Below are positions 14,571 through 23,907 of a DNA stretch of 32,000 nucleotides, piece after piece. Position 1 is the stretch's first letter; each line of letters starts with the position of its first letter. This stretch comes from Candidatus Brocadiaceae bacterium (GTDB lineage: Bacteria; Planctomycetota; Brocadiia; Brocadiales; Brocadiaceae): the NCBI GenBank assembly GCA_039794405.1, contig JBDIVL010000003.1:96843-128842 (forward strand). The letters run 5' to 3'. The translations under genes were made by a program, and so were the position numbers. The notes below the pieces were generated by a model, which saw only the letters and a program-made list of their open reading frames with translations, made no database searches and had not been told where the DNA came from.

Positions 14571-17231
14571 ATGAAGACCAGCGAAATTCGTAATAAATTT
14601 CTCAAATTCTTTGAAAGAAAATCTCACGTTATTTTCCCCAGTGATTCATTAGTTCCACAGAATGACCCTACGCTCCTCTTTACGGGTGCAGGAATGAATC
14701 AGTTTAAAGATATGTTTCTTGGTAAAGGAAACTTACCTGTTAAGAAGGCAACAACTTGTCAGAAATGTCTCCGCACCGGGGATATCGAGAACGTAGGGAA
14801 GACGGCATCCCACCATACATTTTTTGAAATGCTGGGAAACTTTTCTTTTGGTGACTATTTCAAAAAAGAAACCATTGAATGGGCATGGGAATTCTTAGTA
14901 CAAGAGTTAAAAATCCCGGAAGAACGCCTGAGCGTCAGTGTCTATAAAGATGACCATGAGTCGTGCGAAATTTGGGAAAAATACATCCATATACCCAAAT
15001 CAAGAATATATCATTATGATGAAAAGGACAATTTCTGGCCGTCAAATGCCCCAAAGCTTGGTCCCAATGGGCCTTGCGGTCCGTGTTCTGAGATATTTTT
15101 TGACCAGGGAGAAAAAACCGGCTGCGGCCGAAAAGAATGCGAACCTGCCTGCGAATGTGATCGTTTTGTAGAAATTTGGAATTTAGTTTTTACCCAATAT
15201 AACCGCAGAGAAGGGGGAGTGCTAGAACCATTACCACACAAGAATGTAGATACCGGTATGGGGTTAGAGAGAATGGCACGTGTCATGCAAGGGGTGCAGA
15301 CGAATTTTGACATCGACATTTTCCATCCCATTATTGAGTGCATAGAAGAAATCTCAAATGTAAAATATAATGGGCGAATAGAGAGCGCCATACTCATGCG
15401 TCGTATCGCTGATCATGTAAAAGCTTGCACATTTTGTATTTCGGATGGTGTTCTCCCCAGCAATGAAGGACGTGGATATGTGGAAAGGCGGTTATTAAGA
15501 AGAGCCATACGAGATGGTACGCAATTAGGGATAAAAGAATCCTTCCTCTATAAATTGGTACCAATTGTTAGTAATGTAATGCAAGATTATTATCCAGACG
15601 TTAAGCAGCGCAGAGAAAATATTGCACGAATTGTAAAAAGCGAGGAAGAGAAGTTTCATGAAACCCTTGACCAGGGAACGCGGATATTAGAGGAACTTAT
15701 GAGAGCCCTGGAAAAAAGTAACCAGAGAACCCTTCCAGGCCGTGAAGCCTTCAAATTATATGATACGTATGGATTTCCCCTGGAAATGACAGAATCAATT
15801 CTTTGTGAGAAAGGTTTCGATGTTGATAAAGATGCCTTCGAAGAAGAACTGAAAAGGCAGCGATTACAAGCAAGGGCTTCCTCTCAGATGACAGGACAAA
15901 TCTTCGATACCGGTCCACTGAGCAAAATAAAGGATATCTCAAAAGGTACAAAATTTGTCGGTTATGAACAATACACATGCGAAGGACGGATAATAGCCAT
16001 TATACAAAATGGCCAGCTTGTGGATGTTGCTCTGGCAGGAAATGAGGTGACGATACTCTTGGATCAAACACCATTCTATGGGGAATCGGGTGGGCAAATC
16101 GGTGACAGAGGTATTTTGGAATCAAATGGGTGTCATATCCAAATTACTGATACAAAAAAAAGCGATGATTTTATTCTCCATATTGGAAAAATAGGAAAAG
16201 GAGAACTAAAGAAAGGAAGCGTGGTAAATGCAAAGATTGATGTTCAGCGGAGAAATGCTATTCGGAGAAACCATTCAGCGACGCACATCCTCCACCATAC
16301 CTTGCGAAAAGTGATTGGCCAGCATGCAGAACAAGCAGGTTCCCTGGTAACACCTGATCGCTTGCGATTTGACTTTCAACATTTCTCAGGCCTGACGAAA
16401 GAGGAAATTACACGAATCGAAGATATTGTAAACGAAAAAATATTGGAAGATATGCCCGTATCAGTACAAGAACTAACAATCCAGGAGGCAAGGGATATTG
16501 GTGCTGTAGCCCTGTTTGGGGAGAAATATGGAGAGTTGGTCCGGGTGGTTTCCATCGGTAATTTCAGTAAAGAATTGTGTGGTGGAACTCATGTAAACGG
16601 TACGGGAGAAATCGGATTATTTAGAATAGAAAACGAATCATCTGTTGCTGCCGGGGTTAGACGTGTTGAAGCTGTAACAGGTATGGCTTCTTTAAGTCGA
16701 AGCCGGGAAAAAGAGCGTATTGTTCAGGAGATATGTGATATCCTCGGCACGAATGAGGATAAACTGGTTACAAAAACACAGGAAATCTTGCACGAACTGA
16801 AAAACTCACAGAAAGAAGTCTACAGAATAAAACAAAAAGAGTTAAGCAGTAAGATAAACCCCTTTATAGAACAGGCAAAAGAAGTTTCAGGAGTTAAGAT
16901 TGTTACAAGGAGACTGGAGGATGTGACCGCAGATGACTTGAGAAAAACAGCAGACATGTTAATAAAGTCAGCTCAAGAGGTTGCTGTCGTATTAGGATCT
17001 ACTCAGAATGGGCGTGTAACATTAATCGCTGCCTTAAGTTCTAAACTGATAAATCTCGGCCTCCATGCAGGAAATATTGCAAAAGAAGTAGCGAAAGTTG
17101 TTGGAGGCGGGGGAGGTGGAAGGCCGGACATGGCACAGGCAGGCGGTCAGTATCCAGACAAACTAGATGAAGCGCTTCGTTTTGCTACAGAACTATTAAA
17201 GAATAAAATACAGCAAAACTTAGTTAAGTAG
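14571..17231 (+). CDS. alaS: Alanyl-tRNA synthetase
   Basis: MKTSEIRNKFLKFFERKSH, the class II core, the editing-domain HxxxH (HSATHILH) and CGGTH, and the C-terminal GGGGGGRPDMAQAGG. ATG 14571 lies after the recA stop and is preferred over GTG 14550. Confidence 0.97.
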   Translation: MKTSEIRNKFLKFFERKSHVIFPSDSLVPQNDPTLLFTGAGMNQFKDMFLGKGNLPVKKATTCQKCLRTGDIENVGKTASHHTFFEMLGNFSFGDYFKKETIEWAWEFLVQELKIPEERLSVSVYKDDHESCEIWEKYIHIPKSRIYHYDEKDNFWPSNAPKLGPNGPCGPCSEIFFDQGEKTGCGRKECEPACECDRFVEIWNLVFTQYNRREGGVLEPLPHKNVDTGMGLERMARVMQGVQTNFDIDIFHPIIECIEEISNVKYNGRIESAILMRRIADHVKACTFCISDGVLPSNEGRGYVERRLLRRAIRDGTQLGIKESFLYKLVPIVSNVMQDYYPDVKQRRENIARIVKSEEEKFHETLDQGTRILEELMRALEKSNQRTLPGREAFKLYDTYGFPLEMTESILCEKGFDVDKDAFEEELKRQRLQARASSQMTGQIFDTGPLSKIKDISKGTKFVGYEQYTCEGRIIAIIQNGQLVDVALAGNEVTILLDQTPFYGESGGQIGDRGILESNGCHIQITDTKKSDDFILHIGKIGKGELKKGSVVNAKIDVQRRNAIRRNHSATHILHHTLRKVIGQHAEQAGSLVTPDRLRFDFQHFSGLTKEEITRIEDIVNEKILEDMPVSVQELTIQEARDIGAVALFGEKYGELVRVVSIGNFSKELCGGTHVNGTGEIGLFRIENESSVAAGVRRVEAVTGMASLSRSREKERIVQEICDILGTNEDKLVTKTQEILHELKNSQKEVYRIKQKELSSKINPFIEQAKEVSGVKIVTRRLEDVTADDLRKTADMLIKSAQEVAVVLGSTQNGRVTLIAALSSKLINLGLHAGNIAKEVAKVVGGGGGGRPDMAQAGGQYPDKLDEALRFATELLKNKIQQNLVK

Positions 17232-17359
17232 CCTCTTATTTTACTTGACAATAGTGATGTCTCTCTATAAAATCGCTGGTTTAAAAGTGTAATAGATATT
17301 ATATTATGTATAGAGAATTTTTATGGAAAAATTCGTACAGAATTTTATCGAGGTGATAA

Positions 17360-17587
17360 ATGCCTAATCCAAAAAGAAGGTTTTCAAATTCAAGAACACG
17401 CAAGAGACGTACGCACGACAAGTTAACTCCTCCAATCATTCCGCTCGCTGAAAATATGGAAAGAGGTGCTGGCGTACGATCGAAACGATATATTTGTTCA
17501 CATTGTAAACAGGTAAACCAACCACATACTATTTGTCACAATTGCGGCTATTACCGAGGAAAACAGGTAATTTCTGTTGAAAGATAG
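17360..17587 (+). CDS. rpmF: 50S ribosomal protein L32 (zinc-ribbon form)
   Basis: MPNPKRRFSNSRTRKRRTHDKL N-terminus plus CSHC...CHNC. SD GAGGTGA lies upstream and plsX follows directly, as is usual. Confidence 0.9.
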   Translation: MPNPKRRFSNSRTRKRRTHDKLTPPIIPLAENMERGAGVRSKRYICSHCKQVNQPHTICHNCGYYRGKQVISVER

Positions 17588-17590
17588 CCC

Positions 17591-18607
17591 ATGAGAGTTG
17601 CGGTAGACGTAATGGGTGGAGATAAGGCTCCGCATGAGATTGTTAAGGGGTCGGTACTTGCTGCACAGCAATTTCCTGATGATGAGATTGTCTTGGTTGG
17701 TAATGAGAAAGAAATACAACGAGAACTCAGCCTTTACGGAAGAGTTCAGAAAAACATTTCTATTCATCATACATCTCAAGTGGTTCAGATGGATGACCCT
17801 GCTACCTATTCTATACGTCAAAAAAAGGATTCATCAATTACACGAAGTATCCAGCTTGTAGCAAATGGAGATGTCGCCGCCGTTGTTAGCGCAGGACATA
17901 CGGGTGCTACCGTAGCTGCATCAACGTTATATTTAAAGACACTGAAGGGGGTTCAACGCCCTGGTATTGTTGCAGCACTTCCTACACGACATGGAATATG
18001 CTCAATCATCGATATAGGAGCAAATATTGCCTGTAAGCCTATACATCTCTTTCAGTATGGTATTATGGCAGCGGTGTTTATTAAGTATATCTTCGGTATT
18101 GATGATCCAAAGATTGGACTTCTGAATATTGGTGAAGAAAATGCGAAGGGGAATGATCTTGCAAAAGAAACTTTTCTGCTTTTCTCCAATTCATCTTTAA
18201 ATTTTGTAGGAAATGTTGAAGGTCGTGAAATATTTGATAGTAAAGCAGATATTGTTGTATGTGAAGGTTTTGTAGGAAATGTGATGCTAAAATTTGCAGA
18301 AGGGCTTTCCATGAGCCTTTTGTCAACAATTAAATCAGAAGCAATGAAGACGCTCTGGTCGAAACTTGGTTTGTGGCTATGCAGACCATCATTTGAAGTA
18401 CTAAGGGCAAAAATGGACTTTGCAGAATATGGTGGTGCTCCTCTGCTTGGCGTTAATGGTGTTTGTATTATATGCCATGGAAGATCAGATTCCAGGGCCA
18501 TTCGAAACGCCGTAAGAGTCGCATTGCAGTTATCAAGAAACAAAATTAATGAGCACATTATCTCTGGGCTAGAAAAGTACAATACTCTTGCAGTAAATGT
18601 TACTTAG
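17591..18607 (+). CDS. plsX: Phosphate acyltransferase PlsX
   Basis: MRVAVDVMGGDKAP..., SAGHTGA and GAPLLGVNGVCIICHG. Confidence 0.95.
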   Translation: MRVAVDVMGGDKAPHEIVKGSVLAAQQFPDDEIVLVGNEKEIQRELSLYGRVQKNISIHHTSQVVQMDDPATYSIRQKKDSSITRSIQLVANGDVAAVVSAGHTGATVAASTLYLKTLKGVQRPGIVAALPTRHGICSIIDIGANIACKPIHLFQYGIMAAVFIKYIFGIDDPKIGLLNIGEENAKGNDLAKETFLLFSNSSLNFVGNVEGREIFDSKADIVVCEGFVGNVMLKFAEGLSMSLLSTIKSEAMKTLWSKLGLWLCRPSFEVLRAKMDFAEYGGAPLLGVNGVCIICHGRSDSRAIRNAVRVALQLSRNKINEHIISGLEKYNTLAVNVT

Positions 18608-18654
18608 CTAGCTGGCTACCTATTAACCTCCTCTGGGCAATTAAGAAATTACAC

Positions 18655-19644
18655 ATGCAACAGAATCAAAGGGCATCTATTACAGGGATAGGATCTTTTC
18701 TACCGGGCAAGGTTTTAACAAACTATGACTTAGAGAAAATAGTTGATACCAGCGATGAATGGATTACCCAGCGGACAGGTATTAAAGAGCGTCGCATTGT
18801 TGAGGACGGTGTAATAACATCTGACCTTGCCGCTCAGGCTTCGCTTAGGGCAATGGAAGATGCCGGAGTTTCTCCAAAAGATTTAGACTTAATTATTGCA
18901 TCTACGATTACTCCTGATCATTTCTTTCCTGCAACCTCATGTTATATACAACAGAAAATAGGCGCGACCAGGGCATGTGCCTTCGATATACTGGCAGCCT
19001 GCGCCGGGTTTATTTACGCACTTTCTATTGGCCGCAGCTTTGTAGACACTGGCGCAATGAAAACCGTCCTTGTAATCGGAGCAGAATGTCTGTCAAAAAT
19101 TACTGATTATACCGATCGCAAAACCTGTGTGTTATTTGGAGATGGAGCCGGTGCTGTGATTATCCAGAAAAGCGGCACAAAACATGAAATTCTCGATACG
19201 AACTTGGCTGCAGATGGATCACAGGCAGACGTGCTTATCATGCCGGGAGGCGGGTCAAAACATCCTGCTACTCTAGAGTCAATTCAGCAGCGAATGCATT
19301 ACATTAAATTTAAGGGAAAAGAAGTATTCAAACTGGCAATTAACAATATAACAAATCTGATCTACGAGACAGTAGAAAAAAACGGGTTAAAATTGAGTGA
19401 TATTGATTTAATCATCCCCCACCAGAGCAATTTACGGATTATCGAGGCAACTATGGAGAAACTTGGGCTACCAATGGAAAAGGCGTTTGTCAATATTGAC
19501 AAATACGGAAATACATCTTCTGCCTCCATCCCCATCGCAATTGATGAAGCCCGAAAAGAAGGGCGTATCAAGAAAGGAAACATTGTTATGCTGGTGGCAT
19601 TTGGGGGAGGATTGACATGGGGATCATCAATCATTAGGTGGTAG
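18655..19644 (+). CDS. fabH: 3-oxoacyl-ACP synthase III (FabH)
   Basis: ITGIGSFLP...DEWITQRTGIKERR, active-site AACAGF, HQSN and GNTSSASIP. Confidence 0.95.
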   Translation: MQQNQRASITGIGSFLPGKVLTNYDLEKIVDTSDEWITQRTGIKERRIVEDGVITSDLAAQASLRAMEDAGVSPKDLDLIIASTITPDHFFPATSCYIQQKIGATRACAFDILAACAGFIYALSIGRSFVDTGAMKTVLVIGAECLSKITDYTDRKTCVLFGDGAGAVIIQKSGTKHEILDTNLAADGSQADVLIMPGGGSKHPATLESIQQRMHYIKFKGKEVFKLAINNITNLIYETVEKNGLKLSDIDLIIPHQSNLRIIEATMEKLGLPMEKAFVNIDKYGNTSSASIPIAIDEARKEGRIKKGNIVMLVAFGGGLTWGSSIIRW

Positions 19645-19649
19645 AAAAT

Positions 19650-20585
19650 ATGCGAAAAGTAGCATTCCTATTCCCTGGCCAGGGTGCACAATATGTGGGA
19701 ATGGGTAAGGATTTTTACGCACAGTTTAAAGAAGCGCAGGAGGTGTTTGACAATGCCAGCGAAATTCTGGGATTTGACATAGCTAAGCTTTGTTTTCAAG
19801 GAAAGCAGGAAGAGCTTAATAAAACTGCCATTTGTCAGCCTGCTATATTCCTAACCAGCATGGCAATCCTGGAGGTGCTAAAGAAAAATTCTCCGATTCA
19901 AATAGATAAATGCCTTGCTGTTGCGGGGCTGAGTCTGGGAGAATACACAGCCCATGCATCTACAGGTTCGATAACATTTCAAGATGCTTTAAGATTGGTA
20001 TATAGGCGAGGTATGTTTATGCAAGAAGCCTGTGATGAGAACCCGGGAGGAATGGTTTCCATTATTGGTTTGGAAGATGAAAAAGTAGAACAGATATGCG
20101 AGGAAATGAGGCCGTCTGGAATTATTTGTGCTGCGAATTATAACTGTCCAGGACAAGTAGTCATCTCAGGTGAAAAGGCTGTTTTAGAAAAAGCATCTGC
20201 CTTGGCTAGGCAACGTGGTGCGAAGATGGTTGTTCCTTTAAAGGTAGACGGGGCCTTTCATTCAGAATTAATGAGTCCTGCAAGCAGGAGACTTACCGAA
20301 GAACTGGAATCAACGCCTATTTCAGAATCAAATATTCCGGTTGTTGCAAACATCCATGCAGGATATGTAAAAAAACATAATGAGATAAAAATGTCATTGG
20401 CAAAGCAATTAACAAGCCCTGTACGGTGGCATCAATCAGTCCGTGCGCTTATACAGGACGGATTTAATCAGTTTTATGAAATTGGCCCTGGAAAATCTTT
20501 ATCGGGACTTATGAGAAGAATTGATTCTACTCAGGAAATAAGGAACATTGATACCGTAGAGGCTTTTAAGAATTTGACAAATTGA
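19650..20585 (+). CDS. fabD: Malonyl-CoA:ACP transacylase (FabD)
   Basis: AFLFPGQGAQYVGMG, GLSLGEY and VDGAFHS. ATG 19650 with AGGTGG upstream is preferred over GTG 19638. Confidence 0.95.
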   Translation: MRKVAFLFPGQGAQYVGMGKDFYAQFKEAQEVFDNASEILGFDIAKLCFQGKQEELNKTAICQPAIFLTSMAILEVLKKNSPIQIDKCLAVAGLSLGEYTAHASTGSITFQDALRLVYRRGMFMQEACDENPGGMVSIIGLEDEKVEQICEEMRPSGIICAANYNCPGQVVISGEKAVLEKASALARQRGAKMVVPLKVDGAFHSELMSPASRRLTEELESTPISESNIPVVANIHAGYVKKHNEIKMSLAKQLTSPVRWHQSVRALIQDGFNQFYEIGPGKSLSGLMRRIDSTQEIRNIDTVEAFKNLTN

Positions 20586-20590
20586 ATTAA

Positions 20591-20620
20591 CCACGGATCA
20601 ACACGGATAAACACTGATAA
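20591..20620. repeat. Three tandem 10-bp repeats CCACGGATCA / ACACGGATAA / ACACTGATAA
   Basis: Read directly. They lie in the 131-bp fabD-acpP spacer where fabG normally sits. Confidence 0.6.
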
Positions 20621-20716
20621 AATATATTAGTATGAAAAAATACTCTGAAACCCGCATACAGAAAATGAAAATTCCTATACAATTGAATTAATTTTGGAAG
20701 ATAAGGAGGTAAAACC

Positions 20717-20950
20717 GTGTCTGCAATTGAAGAAAAGGTTAAGGAAATTATCACAAAGCAAATGGGGGTAAAACCTGAACAAATCACGAAAGAGACTTCA
20801 TTTATTAATGATCTTGGAGCCGATTCACTCGATACCGTAGAACTGATTATGGAATTTGAGGATGCCTTTGATATGAACATTCCTGATGAAGAAGCAGAAA
20901 AAATACGAACCGTCGGGGATGCTGTTAAATACATTGAAGAACATAAATAA
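20717..20950 (+). CDS. acpP: Acyl carrier protein
   Basis: [16 protein letters not shown] carries the phosphopantetheine Ser motif. GTG start with AAGGAGG upstream. Confidence 0.95.
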   Translation: MSAIEEKVKEIITKQMGVKPEQITKETSFINDLGADSLDTVELIMEFEDAFDMNIPDEEAEKIRTVGDAVKYIEEHK

Positions 20951-20951
20951 A

Positions 20952-22196
20952 ATGCAAGAACGAAGAAGAATCGTTATTACCGGCGTTGGAGCAATTACCC
21001 CTTTAGGGAAGGAAAAAAGGCAAATCTGGTCGGCATTATGTGCAGGGCAGAGCGGTATAAAACCCATCACTTCTTTTGATACCTCTGCCTTTGATGTACA
21101 CTTTGGTGGAGAAGCCAGTGATTTTGATCCTACCCTATGGTTTGACGTTAAGGAAGTGCGCCGTTTAGATCGTTTTGCTCAATTTGCTCTGGCTGCTTCT
21201 ATATTAGCAGTGAAAGATTCTGAACTGAATCTGAGTAACTTTGATCAAACAAGAGTAGGCGTTGTAATTGGTTCAGGCATGGGAGGACTGTTGGAGCTTG
21301 AAACGCAACACAAGATCCTTATAAACAGGGGGCCTTCGAGGATATCTCCTTTCATGGTGCCGAAATTAATGGTCAATGCCGGTTCGGCACAAGTCGCTAT
21401 ATGGTTTGGACTAAAGGGGCCTAATTATGCATTAGTAACGGCGTGTACCACAGGTGTCAATGCTATAGGAGAGGCAGTCCATATTATTCAAAGGGGGGAT
21501 GCAGATATCATGATAGCAGGAAGCTCAGAGGCGGTGATTACCCCTTTAGGCCTCAGCGGGTTTAGCGCGATGAAAGCCCTCTCTACCCGTAATGGTGAAC
21601 CACAAAAAGCCAGTCGTCCCTTTGATAAAGACCGGGACGGCTTCGTTCTTTCGGAAGGGGCAGGAGTTATTGTAATCGAAGAGTTTGAAGCAGCAAGGAA
21701 AAGGGGTGCACATATCTATGCAGAAATATTAGGTTACGGGCTTAATGCAGATGCCTGCCATATCGCTGCACCGGAACAAAATGGTGATGGCGCAATGCGA
21801 TGTATGAGAAGTGCATTAAAAGATGCTCGGTCTAATCCGGAAGAGATAGATTATATCAATGCACATGCTACATCAACCCCTGTAGGTGATAATATCGAAG
21901 TAAAAGCAATAAAAAAGGTTTTCGGGTCATACGCTCCCAAAATTCCTATTAGCGCTACAAAATCCATGCTGGGACATCAGCTTGGTGCTTCAGGAAGTGT
22001 AGAGATTGTCATTTCTGCCTTGGTAATAAAGGAAGGCATTATCCCGCCAACTATTAATCATGAGATACCTGATCCTGAATGTGCAGGATTAGATTTTGTA
22101 CCCAACGCTGCCCGTGAAAAGAAGGTCAATAAAATTCTTTCCAATTCTTTTGGTTTCGGTGGGCATAACGCCAGCATCGTCCTTGGTAAATTGTAG
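20952..22196 (+). CDS. fabF: 3-oxoacyl-ACP synthase II (FabF)
   Basis: MQERRRIVITGVGAITPLG, active-site ACTTG, and HATSTPVGD / GHQLGASG. The ORF-track start at 20886 overlaps acpP and is rejected in favour of ATG 20952. Confidence 0.95.
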   Translation: MQERRRIVITGVGAITPLGKEKRQIWSALCAGQSGIKPITSFDTSAFDVHFGGEASDFDPTLWFDVKEVRRLDRFAQFALAASILAVKDSELNLSNFDQTRVGVVIGSGMGGLLELETQHKILINRGPSRISPFMVPKLMVNAGSAQVAIWFGLKGPNYALVTACTTGVNAIGEAVHIIQRGDADIMIAGSSEAVITPLGLSGFSAMKALSTRNGEPQKASRPFDKDRDGFVLSEGAGVIVIEEFEAARKRGAHIYAEILGYGLNADACHIAAPEQNGDGAMRCMRSALKDARSNPEEIDYINAHATSTPVGDNIEVKAIKKVFGSYAPKIPISATKSMLGHQLGASGSVEIVISALVIKEGIIPPTINHEIPDPECAGLDFVPNAAREKKVNKILSNSFGFGGHNASIVLGKL

Positions 22197-22564
22197 TATT
22201 TACCATCCTCTCTAATACCTCATGCGTCTGGCTTTTGTACCATGGGCATTTGCCTTTGTACCTTCGATTGCCCAATGACCTACCCGTATCAACTACGGCT
22301 CTTTGTGTATCATTTCAGTCTCTATCTTTATATTTCTTCCCAATGCTGCTTATACCAAGCTCCTCTACTGCATCATTGACTGCTCTACCCTGAAACCTTA
22401 CCTTTTTTACACAGAAACTAAAGGATTACTATCCCATGCACGTATTCAGTATAGGAAAAGCTTAAGCTATTGCAAATATATTCATTTAGGGAATATAAAC
22501 ATGCTGTTTCGGTGCGCTCTTTACCGAGCACCGGGAATAGAATTCATACCGGTACTCAATTAGG

Positions 22565-22593
22565 TTGACATTTCCCATTACAGGAAGTATTAT
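22565..22593 (+). promoter_or_regulatory. Near-consensus sigma70 promoter TTGACA-N17-TATTAT
   Basis: -35 at 22565-22570, an exact 17-nt spacer and -10 at 22588-22593, about 290 nt upstream of the 22880 CDS. This implies a long leader or a separate small transcript. Confidence 0.45.
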
Positions 22594-22695
22594 GGTAACC
22601 ACTTTTTTGAGTTTAGGGGGTGACCGTGAAATTCAGAGTCTTTATGGTATTGCCTTGTAAAAACCTCTTTTTTACGTAAGTTTTTTGTAAGCATA

Positions 22696-22743
22696 CAGCT
22701 ATCATCTGTCAGCCTTCAGCTTCGGCCAAATTGCTGATAGCTG
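22696..22743. repeat. Hairpin CAGCTATCA ... TGATAGCTG (9-bp stem, 30-nt loop), GCTATC/GATAGC REP family
   Basis: Read directly. The same GCTATCAG / CGATAGCTGAC motif flanks the palindrome at 3727-3756. Confidence 0.45.
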
Positions 22744-22879
22744 AATACCACTTACAACTTCTCGTTCGGTCACAGCTACACCGCCCCAGGAATATAGAAA
22801 TGCCAGACAGGTGTTGGCTTGTGTGATTCGGTTGATTTTTATCCCTTGAATATTTATTGAAGGAGGTAAATGGAAACGT

Positions 22880-23794
22880 ATGAGAAACTACGCGAAAGTA
22901 TTTGTGCCTGCTGTATGGGTTTTTGTTATAAGCGTAAGTACGGTATTTGCATCTTCTGGTGGTCCTCCTGATGGACGAACAGGCTCTCCTGTCGATAACA
23001 AAACATGTCGGGACGATTGTCACAGCACCTATGAACTTAATGAGGGAAATGCCAAATTTACGATTTCTGCACCAAATAGTTTTGTGCAAGGTCAAGTTGT
23101 AGATATAAACATCTCTTTTAGTGATTCCAGCACTGCTAAACACGGTTTTGAGCTTTCTGCCCTGGATGCAGGCAACAACCATGTAGGTACTTTTAGCAAT
23201 ATTGATGATACTACTCAGACTGCTGACGGAAATTATATAAAGCATACCTCTATTGGCAGCAGTCAGTCCGGAAATGCCAGTTGGAGTGTACAGTGGACGG
23301 CACCAACTTCTGAAGTACAGGTACCTGTAACCTTTTATGCTTCAGGGAATGAAGCAAATGGAGATAGTACTCCTCAAGGGGATTATATCTACACCACTAC
23401 TGCACAAATAGACAGTGCTGCAACACCAACGGTAACTGCTACTCCAGTAATTACACCAACAACAATCCCGGTATGTGAACCTGATTTTATTTCTATTCAG
23501 AAACGTTTGAAATTAACACTCGGTGAAAGTAAAACGATAATTGCTACAGTTACAGGATTAAATGATTGTAAATCAGAAGGGGTAACAGTCAATGCTGTAG
23601 TTAAAACCGGGAAAACACGCGTTACCGTTGATCCCGATATTGCCACAGCAGATGAAAACGGCCAGGTAACTTTCACTGTTACGGCAGGTCAAAAGAAAGG
23701 TAATGCAAAAATACTGTTTACTGTAGAGGATAGCGAAGGGCAAGTTTTTAAAACTTTTATCATCGTGAAGATACGAAAGGTGCTAAAGAAATAA
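22880..23794 (+). CDS. Secreted Reeler-like beta-sandwich protein with a C-terminal bacterial Ig-like domain
   Basis: Signal peptide, then GGPPDGRTGSPVDNKTCRDDCH, GFELSALD, WSVQWTAPT and VTFYASGNEANGDSTPQGDYIY. I remember this recurring signature as Reeler-like, but the family name is uncertain. A Thr/Pro linker and an Ig-like repeat follow. Confidence 0.7.
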   Translation: MRNYAKVFVPAVWVFVISVSTVFASSGGPPDGRTGSPVDNKTCRDDCHSTYELNEGNAKFTISAPNSFVQGQVVDINISFSDSSTAKHGFELSALDAGNNHVGTFSNIDDTTQTADGNYIKHTSIGSSQSGNASWSVQWTAPTSEVQVPVTFYASGNEANGDSTPQGDYIYTTTAQIDSAATPTVTATPVITPTTIPVCEPDFISIQKRLKLTLGESKTIIATVTGLNDCKSEGVTVNAVVKTGKTRVTVDPDIATADENGQVTFTVTAGQKKGNAKILFTVEDSEGQVFKTFIIVKIRKVLKK

Positions 23795-23907
23795 TTATCC
23801 GTACTTTTGTGTGAAACCATATGCGGTTGATAGCAATTTTAGTACCTTAAAAATGCTTTGGGAAAATGTGTTTTTTGCGTGTAGAACAAACCCTTCGGTT
23901 TGTTTTC

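Noticed and set aside
15014-15397. 127-aa ORF antisense to alaS
   Set aside because: It lies inside the conserved alaS frame and has no SD or recognisable domain.
17245-17271. TTGACA ... TATAAA promoter upstream of rpmF
   Set aside because: The hexamers are good but the spacer is only 15 nt, so I did not list it as a feature. A real promoter probably exists somewhere in 17232-17359.
18052-18582. 176-aa ORF antisense to plsX
   Set aside because: It lies inside the conserved plsX frame and is a low-complexity Ser/Pro/Phe-rich sequence.
20591-20620. Tandem 10-bp repeats as a possible CRISPR or other array
   Set aside because: There are only three contiguous units, no spacers and no cas genes. 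It is a simple tandem repeat or REP fragment.
20886-20951. Long N-terminal extension of fabF overlapping acpP
   Set aside because: The extension lies in a different frame over the acpP coding sequence. The conserved FabF N-terminus begins at ATG 20952, right after the acpP stop.
22870-22971. 33-aa Cys-rich ORF (METYEKLRESICACCMGFCYKRKYGICIFWWSS) starting 3 nt after the AGGAGG upstream of the Reeler-like gene
   Set aside because: The SD-ATG spacing of 3 nt is too short. It fully overlaps the out-of-frame signal peptide of the supported gene and is probably fortuitous.
22709-23245. 178-aa ORF antisense to the 5' part of the Reeler-like gene
   Set aside because: The plus-strand gene has a signal peptide, family motifs and a strong terminator. 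The antisense product is Arg/Cys-rich and featureless.
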